NCBI GenBank assembly: GCA_030167145.1
Contig: CP126532.1
Span: forward strand, 2,340,001 to 2,372,000
Direction of reading: 5' to 3'
Length of the DNA stretch: 32,000 bases
Origin: Ktedonobacterales bacterium
GTDB lineage: Bacteria > Chloroflexota > Ktedonobacteria > Ktedonobacterales > JADMIN01
In this document: positions 1 to 8,645 of the stretch, one piece after another
Position numbering within the stretch: the first letter of the stretch is position 1
Layout of the letters: every line of letters begins with the position of its first letter
Translations under genes and position numbers: made by a program
Notes under the pieces: model-generated
What the model was told of the DNA's origin: nothing
Database searches by the model: none
Seen by the model: only the letters and a program-made list of their open reading frames with translations

Positions 1-402
1 CACGTTCGGATCAGTCCTGTGCCATGGTGGGGCAAATGTCACATCAAGTTCGCGCTGAGATTTGGGTCCCATATGAGAGCGCATCCATGTAAAGGATATA
101 CTTGCTGGGTCCATCATCTCCATGAATCCGGCTCCGATGAGGTCGTGTACATACTCATCTCCATCGTCTAAGGCCTCTTCAAAGAAGTTGAGCAGCCTGC
201 CGAGGGCATCCTCGGCGTTCGTAGCACTTGGGTCAGTGGCTTCCAGAGATTTGTAGAGCGTTTCAGTCCATCGCTCGACATCGGCGATGAAAATGTATTT
301 CAACATTCCCTCGCTTTCATGTTTCATGTACAGCGTGTACATCTCAGGAACTCGCGCCAGCAAACGCGCAAGGAAATTAGTATAGGTAATGGTGCTCGGC
401 AT
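1..402 (-). CDS. hypothetical protein (starts at 402; 3' end runs off left edge of window)
   Basis: Absent from the ORF track because it is open-ended. My minus-strand translation from ATG 402-400 reads MPSTITYTNFLARLLARVPEMYTLYMKHESEGMLKYIFIADVERW...DEYVHDLIGAGFMEMMDPASISFTWMRSHMGPKSQREL with no stop to position 1. The region is AT-richer than the window average. No catalytic motif recognised. Confidence 0.5.
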   Translation of the reverse strand, partial: MPSTITYTNFLARLLARVPEMYTLYMKHESEGMLKYIFIADVERWTETLYKSLEATDPSATNAEDALGRLLNFFEEALDDGDEYVHDLIGAGFMEMMDPASISFTWMRSHMGPKSQRELDVTFAPPWHRTDPNV

Positions 403-476
403 GATATGTCACTTTCCATCACACGCATAGATCACGGTTGCGATAGTGGTAGCCAGACAGGCGAAGCAATATCCCA

Positions 477-809
477 TTATGATGGCAGGTTGGTATCAGG
501 AGGATGCTCTGCCTTGTGCTGTGCCTCTACAAACATCCCGACAATGACCGCTAGTATGACGGCTATGACGGCAAGAGTTGCGATGGTCTGTAGGAGACCA
601 GAGATTGGGGAATCAGTTATCAGCCCATTGGTGCCACTGACGATCAAGATGCAAGCGAGAGCTTCCTCCGCGACAATACTCGCTACCCTTGCAGGGTGAG
701 ATCTTGGCGGCGGCAGGAAAATACGAATCTTCGAGAGATACGGAGAGCATGCGGCAAGGAGGATTCCCAGGATGATACTCCCAACCGGCACATATCCTGG
801 CTCAGGCAT
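477..809 (-). CDS. small integral membrane protein (2-3 predicted TM helices)
   Basis: 110-aa ORF with hydrophobic stretches (VGSIILGILLAAC; LLQTIATLAVIAVILAVIVGMFV). Good RBS GAGGGAG about 5 nt before ATG 809. The overlapping plus-strand ORF 319-699 looks non-coding. Confidence 0.5.
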   Translation of the reverse strand: MPEPGYVPVGSIILGILLAACSPYLSKIRIFLPPPRSHPARVASIVAEEALACILIVSGTNGLITDSPISGLLQTIATLAVIAVILAVIVGMFVEAQHKAEHPPDTNLPS

Positions 810-1001
810 GTTCTCCCTCGCTTTGATTCTTCTCCGCTATTATAGGACAGCCTCATCGGTATTGGAAACAGCTATTCTGGCGCTGATTCTGACGCTTTGG
901 GTGTCCCGTGAGCACGGGATAGATAGCGTTGGCTTTCGCGCAAGCGAACGTTTGTGCTATGGTGTGCGTGCAAGCACATCGCGCAATACAGAGGGATAGC
1001 C

Positions 1002-1613
1002 ATGAAGCACGAGACTATCGCGTCCTGGGCGGAGCCTGTGCCGGGCGCTGCGCCGATGAGCGCGGACGATCTGTTGAAGCTGCAAGATGGCGCATGGCGC
1101 TACGAGTTGGTGGAGGGGGTGGTGGTGCGGATGACGCCGACCGGGCTGGAGCATTTCGATGTGACGCGCAGGTTGTTCCGCGCGATGGATCGCTTCGCCG
1201 AAGAGCGCGACCTGGGCATCGTCACGCTGCCTGATACTGGCTTTGTGCTGACACGGCCCGGTGAGCGTGATACGGTTCTCTCGCCCGACATCGCCTTCGT
1301 GAGCGCCGCCAGCGCGCAACACCTGCCAGCGCCCGGTACGCCCGAACGCAAGAAATATCTGCCGCTGGCCCCAGACCTGGCTGTGGAGGTGGCCTCGCCC
1401 GACCAGCATCACCCAGAGATGGCGGAGAAAGCGCGACGTTACCTGGGTGCGGGCGTGCGGCTAGTATGGGTGGCGTGGCCAGCGACACAGCAGGTGGATG
1501 TGTGGCGCGCGGGCAGCGACGCGCCGGTGGCGACAGTGGATGGCTCTGGCACACTGGATGGGTTGGATGTCTTTCCCGACTTTGTGTATCCGGTGACGCA
1601 ACTGTTTGGGTGA
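1002..1613 (+). CDS. Uma2 family (DUF820) PD-(D/E)xK putative endonuclease
   Basis: Sequence YELVEGVVVRMTP...SPDIAFV...APDLAVEVASP is the typical Uma2 core. Start chosen at ATG 1002 (MKHETI) behind GAGGGA. GC3-rich codons. Confidence 0.85.
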   Translation: MKHETIASWAEPVPGAAPMSADDLLKLQDGAWRYELVEGVVVRMTPTGLEHFDVTRRLFRAMDRFAEERDLGIVTLPDTGFVLTRPGERDTVLSPDIAFVSAASAQHLPAPGTPERKKYLPLAPDLAVEVASPDQHHPEMAEKARRYLGAGVRLVWVAWPATQQVDVWRAGSDAPVATVDGSGTLDGLDVFPDFVYPVTQLFG

Positions 1614-1649
1614 TCTTCTGTAGCGGAACAATAGATGAGAGGAATTGCT

Positions 1650-1910
1650 ATGGCGAACGCGAATCGTGGGTTGAAGCTGCGCTGCCGCGACGGGCATTTC
1701 GAGATGGCGTCGTTCGAGTTGAAGGGGCAGCCGGAGGGCTTTTGGATGTGGGTGTCGTGCGACTTTGGCGGTCCAGCCAGCGGCCACTGGCTCGCGCCCG
1801 ATCCCGCGCAGACGGGGAGGGTGATGGTCACGTCGCAGGCGTATTGCTGGCCCTCGGCGGTGGGGGCGTATGAAGCGCGCGACCGCTGGGAAGCGCAAGA
1901 GGAGGCGTAG
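1650..1910 (+). CDS. small hypothetical protein (86 aa)
   Basis: RBS GAGAGGA 7 nt before ATG 1650. Third codon positions are mostly G/C, as in neighbouring real genes. No recognised domain. Confidence 0.5.
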   Translation: MANANRGLKLRCRDGHFEMASFELKGQPEGFWMWVSCDFGGPASGHWLAPDPAQTGRVMVTSQAYCWPSAVGAYEARDRWEAQEEA

Positions 1911-1921
1911 CGCGGCGCAGC

Positions 1922-2497
1922 ATGAGCATTCCGCCGTCCGCACCGCTGCTGGTGGTGATTACCGGAGCACCCTGCACGGGCAAGACGACGCTGGGCCAGC
2001 GCCTCGCGGAGCGGTTCGCGCTGCCGCTGATCAGCAAAGACGGCATCAAGGAGATCCTCTTCGACACGCTGGGATGGTCGGACCGGGAGTGGTCGCGACG
2101 GCTGGGCGGCGCGAGTATGGCGCTGCTCTTCGCGATGGCCGAAGCACAGGTGCGCGCGGGGCGTTCGGCTATCATCGAGGCGAACTTTTCGCGCGGCTAT
2201 GACACGCCGCGCTTTGCGGATCTGCGAGCGCGGTATGTGTTTCGCACGCTGCAAATCGTCTGCGCCGCGCCGCCGGATGTGGTGGTGGAGCGGTACATGG
2301 CGCGCTGGGAGGCGGGCGAGCGGCATCCGGGGCATGTGGAGAGCGGGCAGCGTGACGAGCTGGCGGCGGCGCTGGGTGACGGACGCTACGGGCCGCTGGA
2401 GATGGGCGGCGAGGTGCTGACGCTGGATACGGCTGACCTCGGCGCTATCAGCTATGACGAGGTATTCGCAGCGGTGGCGCGGCTGCGCGAGCTATAA
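1922..2497 (+). CDS. P-loop NTPase / AAA_33-type kinase-like protein
   Basis: Walker A GAPCTGKTT near the N-terminus, followed by LISKDGIKE. About 190 aa, typical of small phosphotransferases of this fold. Confidence 0.85.
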   Translation: MSIPPSAPLLVVITGAPCTGKTTLGQRLAERFALPLISKDGIKEILFDTLGWSDREWSRRLGGASMALLFAMAEAQVRAGRSAIIEANFSRGYDTPRFADLRARYVFRTLQIVCAAPPDVVVERYMARWEAGERHPGHVESGQRDELAAALGDGRYGPLEMGGEVLTLDTADLGAISYDEVFAAVARLREL

Positions 2498-2531
2498 ACT
2501 GTGATTTGGGTTTATCATCATAAGTATTTAT

Positions 2532-2560
2532 TGGACTTTTGAACGAAGACGGTTTATACT
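2532..2560 (+). promoter_or_regulatory. sigma70-like promoter candidate (TGGACT-17 nt-TATACT)
   Basis: -35-like TGGACT at 2532-2537, 17-nt spacer, -10 TATACT at 2555-2560. No convincing ORF downstream. Confidence 0.3.
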
Positions 2561-2789
2561 CGCTCCTGTGATGAGGAACGTATGGGTTGGTTCCATACCG
2601 ATCATCCAAGGCGAGAACTCTGTGGGCGGTTTCCACATGATGTTCGCGCAAGCGGCATACGGGCTGATTTTCCGTAGTGGTCGCGGTGTGGGCGGGCTGA
2701 TTTCCGCACCACCACAGCGGCGGGGATGGCTGTTTCTCCTTCGCCACGCCAGCGTCGCGGGCTGCTTCCGCAGACTGGTCATCGCAATT

Positions 2790-2813
2790 GGGGCAAGCTA
2801 GGCTTGCCCCTTT
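2790..2813 (+). terminator. intrinsic-terminator-like hairpin
   Basis: GGGGCAAGC-tag-GCTTGCCCC (9-bp stem) followed by TTT on the plus strand. On the minus strand it lies about 50 nt after the 2863 stop but lacks a U-tract. Confidence 0.4.
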
Positions 2814-2862
2814 CGTGTGTCTGCGAGCAACTATTCCTACTCGCGAGTGGAGTGGCGATATG

Positions 2863-3627
2863 TTATTTGGGCAGGGGCAAGAGCATCCGCACACGCTGTT
2901 GGTAGATCTGATACACCTTCCCGAAGCTGGCGAGCAGATCGCGCTCTTCCAGGTGAATACCAAGCAGGATGTACGCAGTCATTGCTATCGCGAAGAGCAG
3001 GTGGCCGGTTGTCATGTGTGGGGTCGCCCAGAAGGCGAGGAGAAAACCTACCATCATCGGGTGACGCACCAACGTGTAGAGCGCTGGGGTTTTGAAATCA
3101 GTCGTGGTGTATTGCCTGGCCTGCCAATGGAGGTACACTTGACGAAGGCCAAATAGATCGAAGTGGTTGATCAAAAACGAGGAGATCAGGACGATAAGCC
3201 ACCCCACGACGTACAGGCCCAGCAGCGCCCAGCGCCAGGGTGTCTGCTCAACATTCCAGATGTCTCCGCGTATAGGAAGCCATTGCCAGTAGAGCAATAC
3301 TAGCGCCAGGCTGGCAAACAAGACATACGTGCTGCGCTCAATTGGAGGCGAGATGAAGCGCATCCACCACCGTTTGAAGGTGGCTCGAGCCATGATGCTG
3401 TGTTGCAGGGCAAAGAGGCTGAGCAACGCCACATCCACCAGAATCGCGTGCAGGGGCGAAGCCGTAGGGCCAGAGTCAAGGGATTTGGGAACATAGAGAT
3501 CGCCGACAAAGCCCGGCGTGTACACGAGGACACCCAAAAAGATCGTATAACAGAGCGCGCCGTATATGAGCGCCAATGTGGCATGTCCGCGCCGCGTGCT
3601 GGGTTTCGTATCGAAAAGTGTCGTCAT
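2863..3627 (-). CDS. ICMT/PEMT-superfamily membrane methyltransferase, MddA (methanethiol S-methyltransferase)-like
   Basis: Polytopic membrane protein with LQHSIMARATFKRWW, ERSTYVL and VRHPMMVGFLLAFWATP motifs characteristic of this methyltransferase family. RBS AGGAGG 7 nt before the ATG. Confidence 0.8.
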   Translation of the reverse strand: MTTLFDTKPSTRRGHATLALIYGALCYTIFLGVLVYTPGFVGDLYVPKSLDSGPTASPLHAILVDVALLSLFALQHSIMARATFKRWWMRFISPPIERSTYVLFASLALVLLYWQWLPIRGDIWNVEQTPWRWALLGLYVVGWLIVLISSFLINHFDLFGLRQVYLHWQARQYTTTDFKTPALYTLVRHPMMVGFLLAFWATPHMTTGHLLFAIAMTAYILLGIHLEERDLLASFGKVYQIYQQRVRMLLPLPK

Positions 3628-3870
3628 TGCGCTTCCTCCTTCGGTCTCTTCTGCTCATCGTCTGGCTTATGCTGTTGGCAGTTCTACCAGCTTTCTCTTT
3701 CGGGCCACAGTCTGCGTCTTGAAGCAAGGTGCGAGGACACTAGCGGACGCGCCATTCGGTGACATGTTCCGGCGGGTCGTGCTTCAAAGCGCTCTTGTAG
3801 TCTGAGCAAGGACGGTATACTCTGGAAAACAGTCTACAGATCCAGCGTTTCCGCAACGTCCACATGCGTC

Positions 3871-3943
3871 GCGAGATCATCCAAGATCATCCGAGATCAT
3901 CCAAGATCATCCGAGATCATCCGAGATCATCCGAGATCATCCA
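3871..3943. repeat. tandem repeat, 10-bp unit CCRAGATCAT x7 (plus partial)
   Basis: Sequence gcgagatcat ccaagatcat ccgagatcat ccaagatcat ccgagatcat ccgagatcat ccgagatcat cca. Each unit carries GATC. Intergenic, 63 nt upstream of ATG 4006. Confidence 0.97.
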
Positions 3944-4005
3944 TGCGAAGGGCAAGCATTGCATGGGGTAGGGTGTGAACTATCTACTGGAGAGGCGGGA
4001 ATAGG

Positions 4006-5607
4006 ATGGGCCAGCTCGCATTGCGCCTGTTCGGGGCGCCTCAAGTAGCCTACAATGGGCGGCTGATATCGCCGCGCTTTCAGAAAGAACTCGCGCTGCT
4101 CATCTACCTCGCGGGAACGAATCGTCCGCATACTCGCTTGGCGCTGGCAACCCTCTTCTGGCCGGAACATGACCAGTCAAGTGCGCTCGCGGCGCTGCGC
4201 CGAACCCTGTATCAGGCGAAGGTGGATACAGGAGAAGGCACGCTGGAGGTGACGCGGCAAACGGTCGGTTTCTCTGCTGAGACAGAGGTGCAGGTAGACA
4301 CACGGAGCTTTCTCACTGCCGGTCAGTTGTGTAGAGGACATGCCCATCCTCCACAGGCGCCATTCGCTTCGTGCGCTGCCTTGCTCGAAACGGCTATCAG
4401 GCTCTATGCTGACGATTTCTTGACCGGATTTTCTTTGCCAGACAGCCCTGTGTTCGATGAGTGGCAGTTTTTTGAACGGGAAGGATTGCGAGCCGAATAT
4501 TTGCGCATCGTGGCACTGCTGACGACGTACTATGAACGCCAACAGGCTTACGATCAAGCAGTAGAGATGGCGCGGCGCTGGCTCAGTCGCGAGCCATACC
4601 ACGAACCGGCCCATCGCGCGTTAATCCGCCTGTATACGCTGATGGGGCAACCTGCCGCAGCCGCGCGCCAATATGACCTCTGCAAGCGTCTGCTTTTCGA
4701 GCAACTGGGGGTGCAGCCGCATACGGAAACGGAACGGCTCTACCAAGCTATCAAAGATCAGGACAGAGACCTTGTGGTTCGCCAGGACACGCATTACACG
4801 CGACGGGGGACGACGTATCTGGCATACCAAACGATTGGTACGGGCGCCGTTGATGTGCTCGTCGTCGGCGGATTTATCTCGCATCTGGAGCAACTCTGGG
4901 AAGAGTCCGATCTCGCGGACTTCTATCAACGACTCGGCGCTCTAGCTCGCATCATCGTGTATGACAAATCTGGCGTTGGCCTGTCGGATCGCGCTGGCAC
5001 GGGGTCCTCACTAGACTACCAGATCGCCGATGCTCTGGCGATGATCCATTTGGCCAGATCGCGGCGTGTGATCATTTTCGCCGTCTCGGATGGGGCGGCG
5101 GCCGCCATTCAGATGGCGGTACGGTATCCGGAGCAGGTCGCCGGGCTGGTGATCTATGGGGGGCAGGCTAAAGGCGTCCAAAGCCCAGAGTACCCGTGGG
5201 GGTTGACGCCGGCACAGTATCAGCGCTGGATAGAGAAACTGGTGAAGGGGTGGGGGGGTCCAATCAATCTGGAGTACTTCGCGCCTTCACGAGCGCAGGA
5301 CCAGCGATTGCGTCAGTGGTGGGCGCAAACACAACGATTAGCGGCTAGTCCGGGGGCGGTGAAAGCGATTTTGGAGGGCATACGCGATGCGGATGTGCGT
5401 CCGCTCCTTGAGCACATTCGTGTTCCAACCTTGGTACTCCACCGGAGCGGCGACCGCTGTGTGCCGGTGGAGTCAGGACGCTATTTGGCGAGCCACATCC
5501 CCCAGGCGCGTTATGTGGAGCTTTCAGGGAACGACCACTGGTGGTGGATAGGCGATACGCGCCGCCTGATCGAAGAGCTCGAATACTTCATCGAACATCA
5601 GCGCTGA
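4006..5607 (+). CDS. SARP/AfsR-DnrI-type winged-helix + BTAD transcriptional activator fused to a C-terminal alpha/beta-hydrolase-fold domain
   Basis: The N-terminus LRLFGAPQV...LALLIYLA...ALATLFWPE matches an OmpR/SARP DNA-binding domain. DEWQFFEREGLRAEYLR...HRALIRLYTLMGQPAAAARQYDLCKRLLFEQLGVQP matches BTAD. The C-terminal ~270 aa has a hydrolase fold (VLVVGGF, FAVSDGAAAA nucleophile elbow, LHRSGDRCVP, GNDHW). Confidence 0.85.
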   Translation: MGQLALRLFGAPQVAYNGRLISPRFQKELALLIYLAGTNRPHTRLALATLFWPEHDQSSALAALRRTLYQAKVDTGEGTLEVTRQTVGFSAETEVQVDTRSFLTAGQLCRGHAHPPQAPFASCAALLETAIRLYADDFLTGFSLPDSPVFDEWQFFEREGLRAEYLRIVALLTTYYERQQAYDQAVEMARRWLSREPYHEPAHRALIRLYTLMGQPAAAARQYDLCKRLLFEQLGVQPHTETERLYQAIKDQDRDLVVRQDTHYTRRGTTYLAYQTIGTGAVDVLVVGGFISHLEQLWEESDLADFYQRLGALARIIVYDKSGVGLSDRAGTGSSLDYQIADALAMIHLARSRRVIIFAVSDGAAAAIQMAVRYPEQVAGLVIYGGQAKGVQSPEYPWGLTPAQYQRWIEKLVKGWGGPINLEYFAPSRAQDQRLRQWWAQTQRLAASPGAVKAILEGIRDADVRPLLEHIRVPTLVLHRSGDRCVPVESGRYLASHIPQARYVELSGNDHWWWIGDTRRLIEELEYFIEHQR

Positions 5608-5712
5608 GCGCCCAGGTACACGACGTTTTTGTATTTCGCGGGTATGTTGCCTTCTCTATAACTTCGTGTTGTGAACTTCTCCACAGACACTACGCAATGC
5701 TGCGGACGGTGT

Positions 5713-5742
5713 TTGACAAGGCCGTAGCAAGTGGGCTAGACT
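5713..5742 (+). promoter_or_regulatory. sigma70-like promoter candidate for the lipase operon
   Basis: TTGACA (5713-5718), 18-nt spacer, TAGACT (5737-5742), about 75 nt upstream of ATG 5819. Confidence 0.4.
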
Positions 5743-5818
5743 CCTCTCAGGCGCGAAGCCAGGCTACCATTAACGTGCTTCATCGCGGTGTGTTGGCGGC
5801 GGAGAGGAGCGTACTGCT

Positions 5819-7504
5819 ATGGACCCTGCCCGGCGTCGAAGATTGCGTCTCCCTGTAGTGCTCACCTGTAATTTTCTGGTGCTCGCGTTTGTGCTCTCCT
5901 GCTGCAATCCTCCCAAGCCAGCGGCGATCCATGCGACGATTAGCCTGTGCGCGGTGGATGTGGCTCGCGCCGCTGACTTCCCGAATGACGCCTGCTATAC
6001 GGGAACGTTCCACGCGACGGGCGCCCAGCAGGCGCTGCACATCACGGCGGTGGACAAGAACGGCACGGCGCTGCCGAACGCACAGATCAAGGTGACGGTG
6101 GCGGGGGCGAACGCGCGCAGTGATAGCGTGACGACCGACGCGAGCGGCCAGGCGACATATCAGTATTCGGGCAGCCACACAGGGACGGATACGGTCAGCG
6201 CCACGCTGGGCAGCGATAGCGCCGCAAAGAGCGCGCATCCGGCGGTGATTCACTGGCTGGCGCAACAGCACGTGACGCATCCGGTGGTGCTGGTGCATGG
6301 CATCCAGGAGGACGCGACCGACTTCGCGCATCAGTTCGATCCGAGCGTGGTGGATAGCGATCAGGCGAGCGATGGCAGCAAACAGACGTGGACGGCGCTG
6401 ATCGAGGCGCTGAAGCTGACCTATGATCCCGCGTTTATGAAAGCCTTCTGCTACGTGGATGACGTGGCCTGGCGAACCACGCCGAGCGCGTGCCCAGCGG
6501 ATGAGGCGGCGCTGCGTGACTGCGACCCATCGCTGCCGCCGAGCAGCAGTGGCCCACCGTATCCGTGCATCAGCCAGGGGTCGGTGGATGAGAGCGCGGT
6601 GGCGCTGGCGCATGTGGTGGTGGATTTGAGCGCGGCGGCGGGCGGCAAGCCGGTGACGCTGCTGGCGTATAGCATGGGCGGCGCGGTCACGCGGACGCTG
6701 CTGGCGGGCTGTCTCAATTCGGCAGCCAGCGACCAGTCGCTCTGCCAGCAGGCGGCAGGCATGGTGAATGACACGATTTTTCTGGATGGCGCGCAGCAAG
6801 GCTCGTGGCTGCTGACGGTGAAACACGGCTTCAATGCGGCGACGCTCTCGGTGCAGAACATCACGCCGACGGCGCTGAGCGCGTTCAGTTCGGTGTTGCC
6901 GCTGATCGAGCAGAATATCTACGGCGTCGTCAACCAGAAGCTGGGCCTGAACCTGAATAATCCCGCAGAGACCGACCTGACGCCGCAGAGCGCGAATATT
7001 CTGGCGCACAACAGCGTGCAGCCCGCGACAAACGTGCAGATCTATACGTTCTACGGCGATGTGGAGTTCGGTATGGATGTGACGTACTTCATCTATACGC
7101 TGCCAGCAAATGCGTATTTGCCGATGGGCGATCTGGTGATGCTGGCTCAGGACGATAACCCGCTGGCCTCGCCGCTGTGGGGCGGTGGCTCGCTCTGCGA
7201 TAGCTGTGGGCCGCTGGTCAACGGCTATCACGAGAACGGGCGCTATCACGCCTGGGCGCTGAGGCAGAAATACACGGTCAACATCAATGGACTGGTTCCG
7301 ATACTGAGCGTGCCGGATGCGGTGTCGGCATTCCAGCAGGTGGTGAATTCGCCGGTGCAGCACTTGAATGTGTCGCAGCCGGTGACCCAGGCGCCCGGCA
7401 CGGCGATTCAGGTGGCCGATAGCACGCATCTGGCGGGCACGGCGACGACGGATATGCCATATGAAATTTTGCTGGTGCTGATGCATGGCGACGGCCTGAT
7501 CTAG
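5819..7504 (+). CDS. secreted (possibly lipoprotein) lipase/esterase-like alpha/beta hydrolase with N-terminal Ig-like (Big-type) domain
   Basis: Signal sequence ending VLSCC (lipobox-like). ITAVDKNGTALPNAQIKVTVAG...TTDASGQATYQYSG resembles a bacterial Ig-like domain. PVVLVHG oxyanion motif and AYSMGG nucleophile elbow. Confidence 0.8.
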   Translation: MDPARRRRLRLPVVLTCNFLVLAFVLSCCNPPKPAAIHATISLCAVDVARAADFPNDACYTGTFHATGAQQALHITAVDKNGTALPNAQIKVTVAGANARSDSVTTDASGQATYQYSGSHTGTDTVSATLGSDSAAKSAHPAVIHWLAQQHVTHPVVLVHGIQEDATDFAHQFDPSVVDSDQASDGSKQTWTALIEALKLTYDPAFMKAFCYVDDVAWRTTPSACPADEAALRDCDPSLPPSSSGPPYPCISQGSVDESAVALAHVVVDLSAAAGGKPVTLLAYSMGGAVTRTLLAGCLNSAASDQSLCQQAAGMVNDTIFLDGAQQGSWLLTVKHGFNAATLSVQNITPTALSAFSSVLPLIEQNIYGVVNQKLGLNLNNPAETDLTPQSANILAHNSVQPATNVQIYTFYGDVEFGMDVTYFIYTLPANAYLPMGDLVMLAQDDNPLASPLWGGGSLCDSCGPLVNGYHENGRYHAWALRQKYTVNINGLVPILSVPDAVSAFQQVVNSPVQHLNVSQPVTQAPGTAIQVADSTHLAGTATTDMPYEILLVLMHGDGLI

Positions 7505-7521
7505 CCGGAGGAGGAGAACCA

Positions 7522-8607
7522 ATGCGACGGACAACGTTCCGCGACGTGCGCGCGGCGCGCAGGCGGCGCGCAGACTCCTCCGCTGGCGGACGCTGGGCAG
7601 CGTTGGCGCGCTACCTTCGGGGAGCAGCGCCGCGCGGGTCGGCGCTGTGGTGGCTTTCGGCGACGCTCAGCCTGTTGCTGGCGGCGACGGCGCTCTCGGC
7701 GGCGAGTCCCGCGCCAGCGAGCGGCGCGTCACTCGCGGCGGCGCGTGCGAGCGTGTTGCGGATGCGAGCGGCGCCACCCACGGCGCTGCCCGTAGTGGCG
7801 CGCTGGACGGATGCGACCAACGGCACCGCGTATTCGGTGCAGTTGACCGATGTCGCCAATCTCAAGCCCGGTGGCATCACACGCGCGCAATTTACGTTTA
7901 CCACGCCCAAGGGCGATCAGCTCGCGGGGGTGCTGCTCGTAGCGCAACTTACGGACAATTCGTATGTGCAGAGCGTCGGTGAGGCGTTCTCGGCGGCGCG
8001 GATTACCTGCGCGAAGGGTGTGCTGGCGACGAGTGGGAGCGGCGGACAGACGATTGTGTATACGTTTGCGGCGCACTTCGACCAGTACGCGCTGGTGGCC
8101 TACGCGCACCTGGCCTATGCGTCCGCGCAGGATGATAAGGGCATAAGCGCGGTTTGCGGCGGGCAGACGGGGCAGCCGGGTGAGACGGAGCTAGATATGC
8201 TCTCCGGCTGCGACGCGACGACCTGCACCAGTCCACTCGACACGGCTGGCCCAACCGTCGCGAGCTATGATGCGGCGATGATTACGGCGGCGCGTGGCGG
8301 CGGGCCAGCGGCGTGGGGGCCGGTCTACAATGCTTCGTCGCAGACGCTGCGAGGGCAGTATGGCGCCGATCAGTTCGCCAGCGTGATGAGCGCGCTGGTG
8401 AACAAGAACGGACGCATCACGGCGATCACGCCGGTGGGCGGAGCGCCGCAAACGGAGTTTGACGCGGCGGGCCAGGGCTACTTCACCATCACGGAGACGG
8501 TGACAGTGGACCATGGTGGCGGCAAGACGACGACGGCGACCGTTACCTCGTACTACTTGCTCGAAGGCGGGCGCTGGGCGTTCTGGTTCTCGCAGCCAGC
8601 CGCTTGA
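7522..8607 (+). CDS. membrane-anchored/exported hypothetical protein co-transcribed with the lipase
   Basis: RBS GGAGGAGGAG just before ATG 7522, 17 nt after the lipase stop. Arg-rich N-terminus, then TM segment LWWLSATLSLLLAATALSAA. No recognised domain. Confidence 0.65.
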   Translation: MRRTTFRDVRAARRRRADSSAGGRWAALARYLRGAAPRGSALWWLSATLSLLLAATALSAASPAPASGASLAAARASVLRMRAAPPTALPVVARWTDATNGTAYSVQLTDVANLKPGGITRAQFTFTTPKGDQLAGVLLVAQLTDNSYVQSVGEAFSAARITCAKGVLATSGSGGQTIVYTFAAHFDQYALVAYAHLAYASAQDDKGISAVCGGQTGQPGETELDMLSGCDATTCTSPLDTAGPTVASYDAAMITAARGGGPAAWGPVYNASSQTLRGQYGADQFASVMSALVNKNGRITAITPVGGAPQTEFDAAGQGYFTITETVTVDHGGGKTTTATVTSYYLLEGGRWAFWFSQPAA

Positions 8608-8645
8608 CGGCTGGCTGCGGTGGAACGGGTCGCGGATATAGGGAA

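Noticed and set aside
2448-2963. ORFs 2448-2963(-), 2528-2782(-), 2568-2801(+) and 2788-3156(+) between the kinase-like and methyltransferase genes.
   Set aside because: No RBS, atypical composition, and overlap with the methyltransferase gene or with each other. The region is instead flagged as a possible non-coding transcription unit.
3871-3943. Possibility that the 10-bp repeat array is a CRISPR array or coding repeat.
   Set aside because: The units are contiguous with no spacers and far too short for CRISPR repeats. No credible ORF spans them (the 3937-4170 minus ORF looks spurious).
5780-7534. 584-aa minus-strand ORF antisense to the lipase gene. Similar long shadow ORFs occur at 1439-2335(-), 10250-11485(+), 11589-13130(-), 16464-17453(-), 18205-19335(-), 27146-27940(+) and 27458-27991(-).
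   Set aside because: They are Arg/His/Gln/Pro-rich low-complexity translations typical of antisense frames in high-GC DNA. Each overlaps a gene with clear family motifs on the other strand or frame, and none has a convincing RBS.
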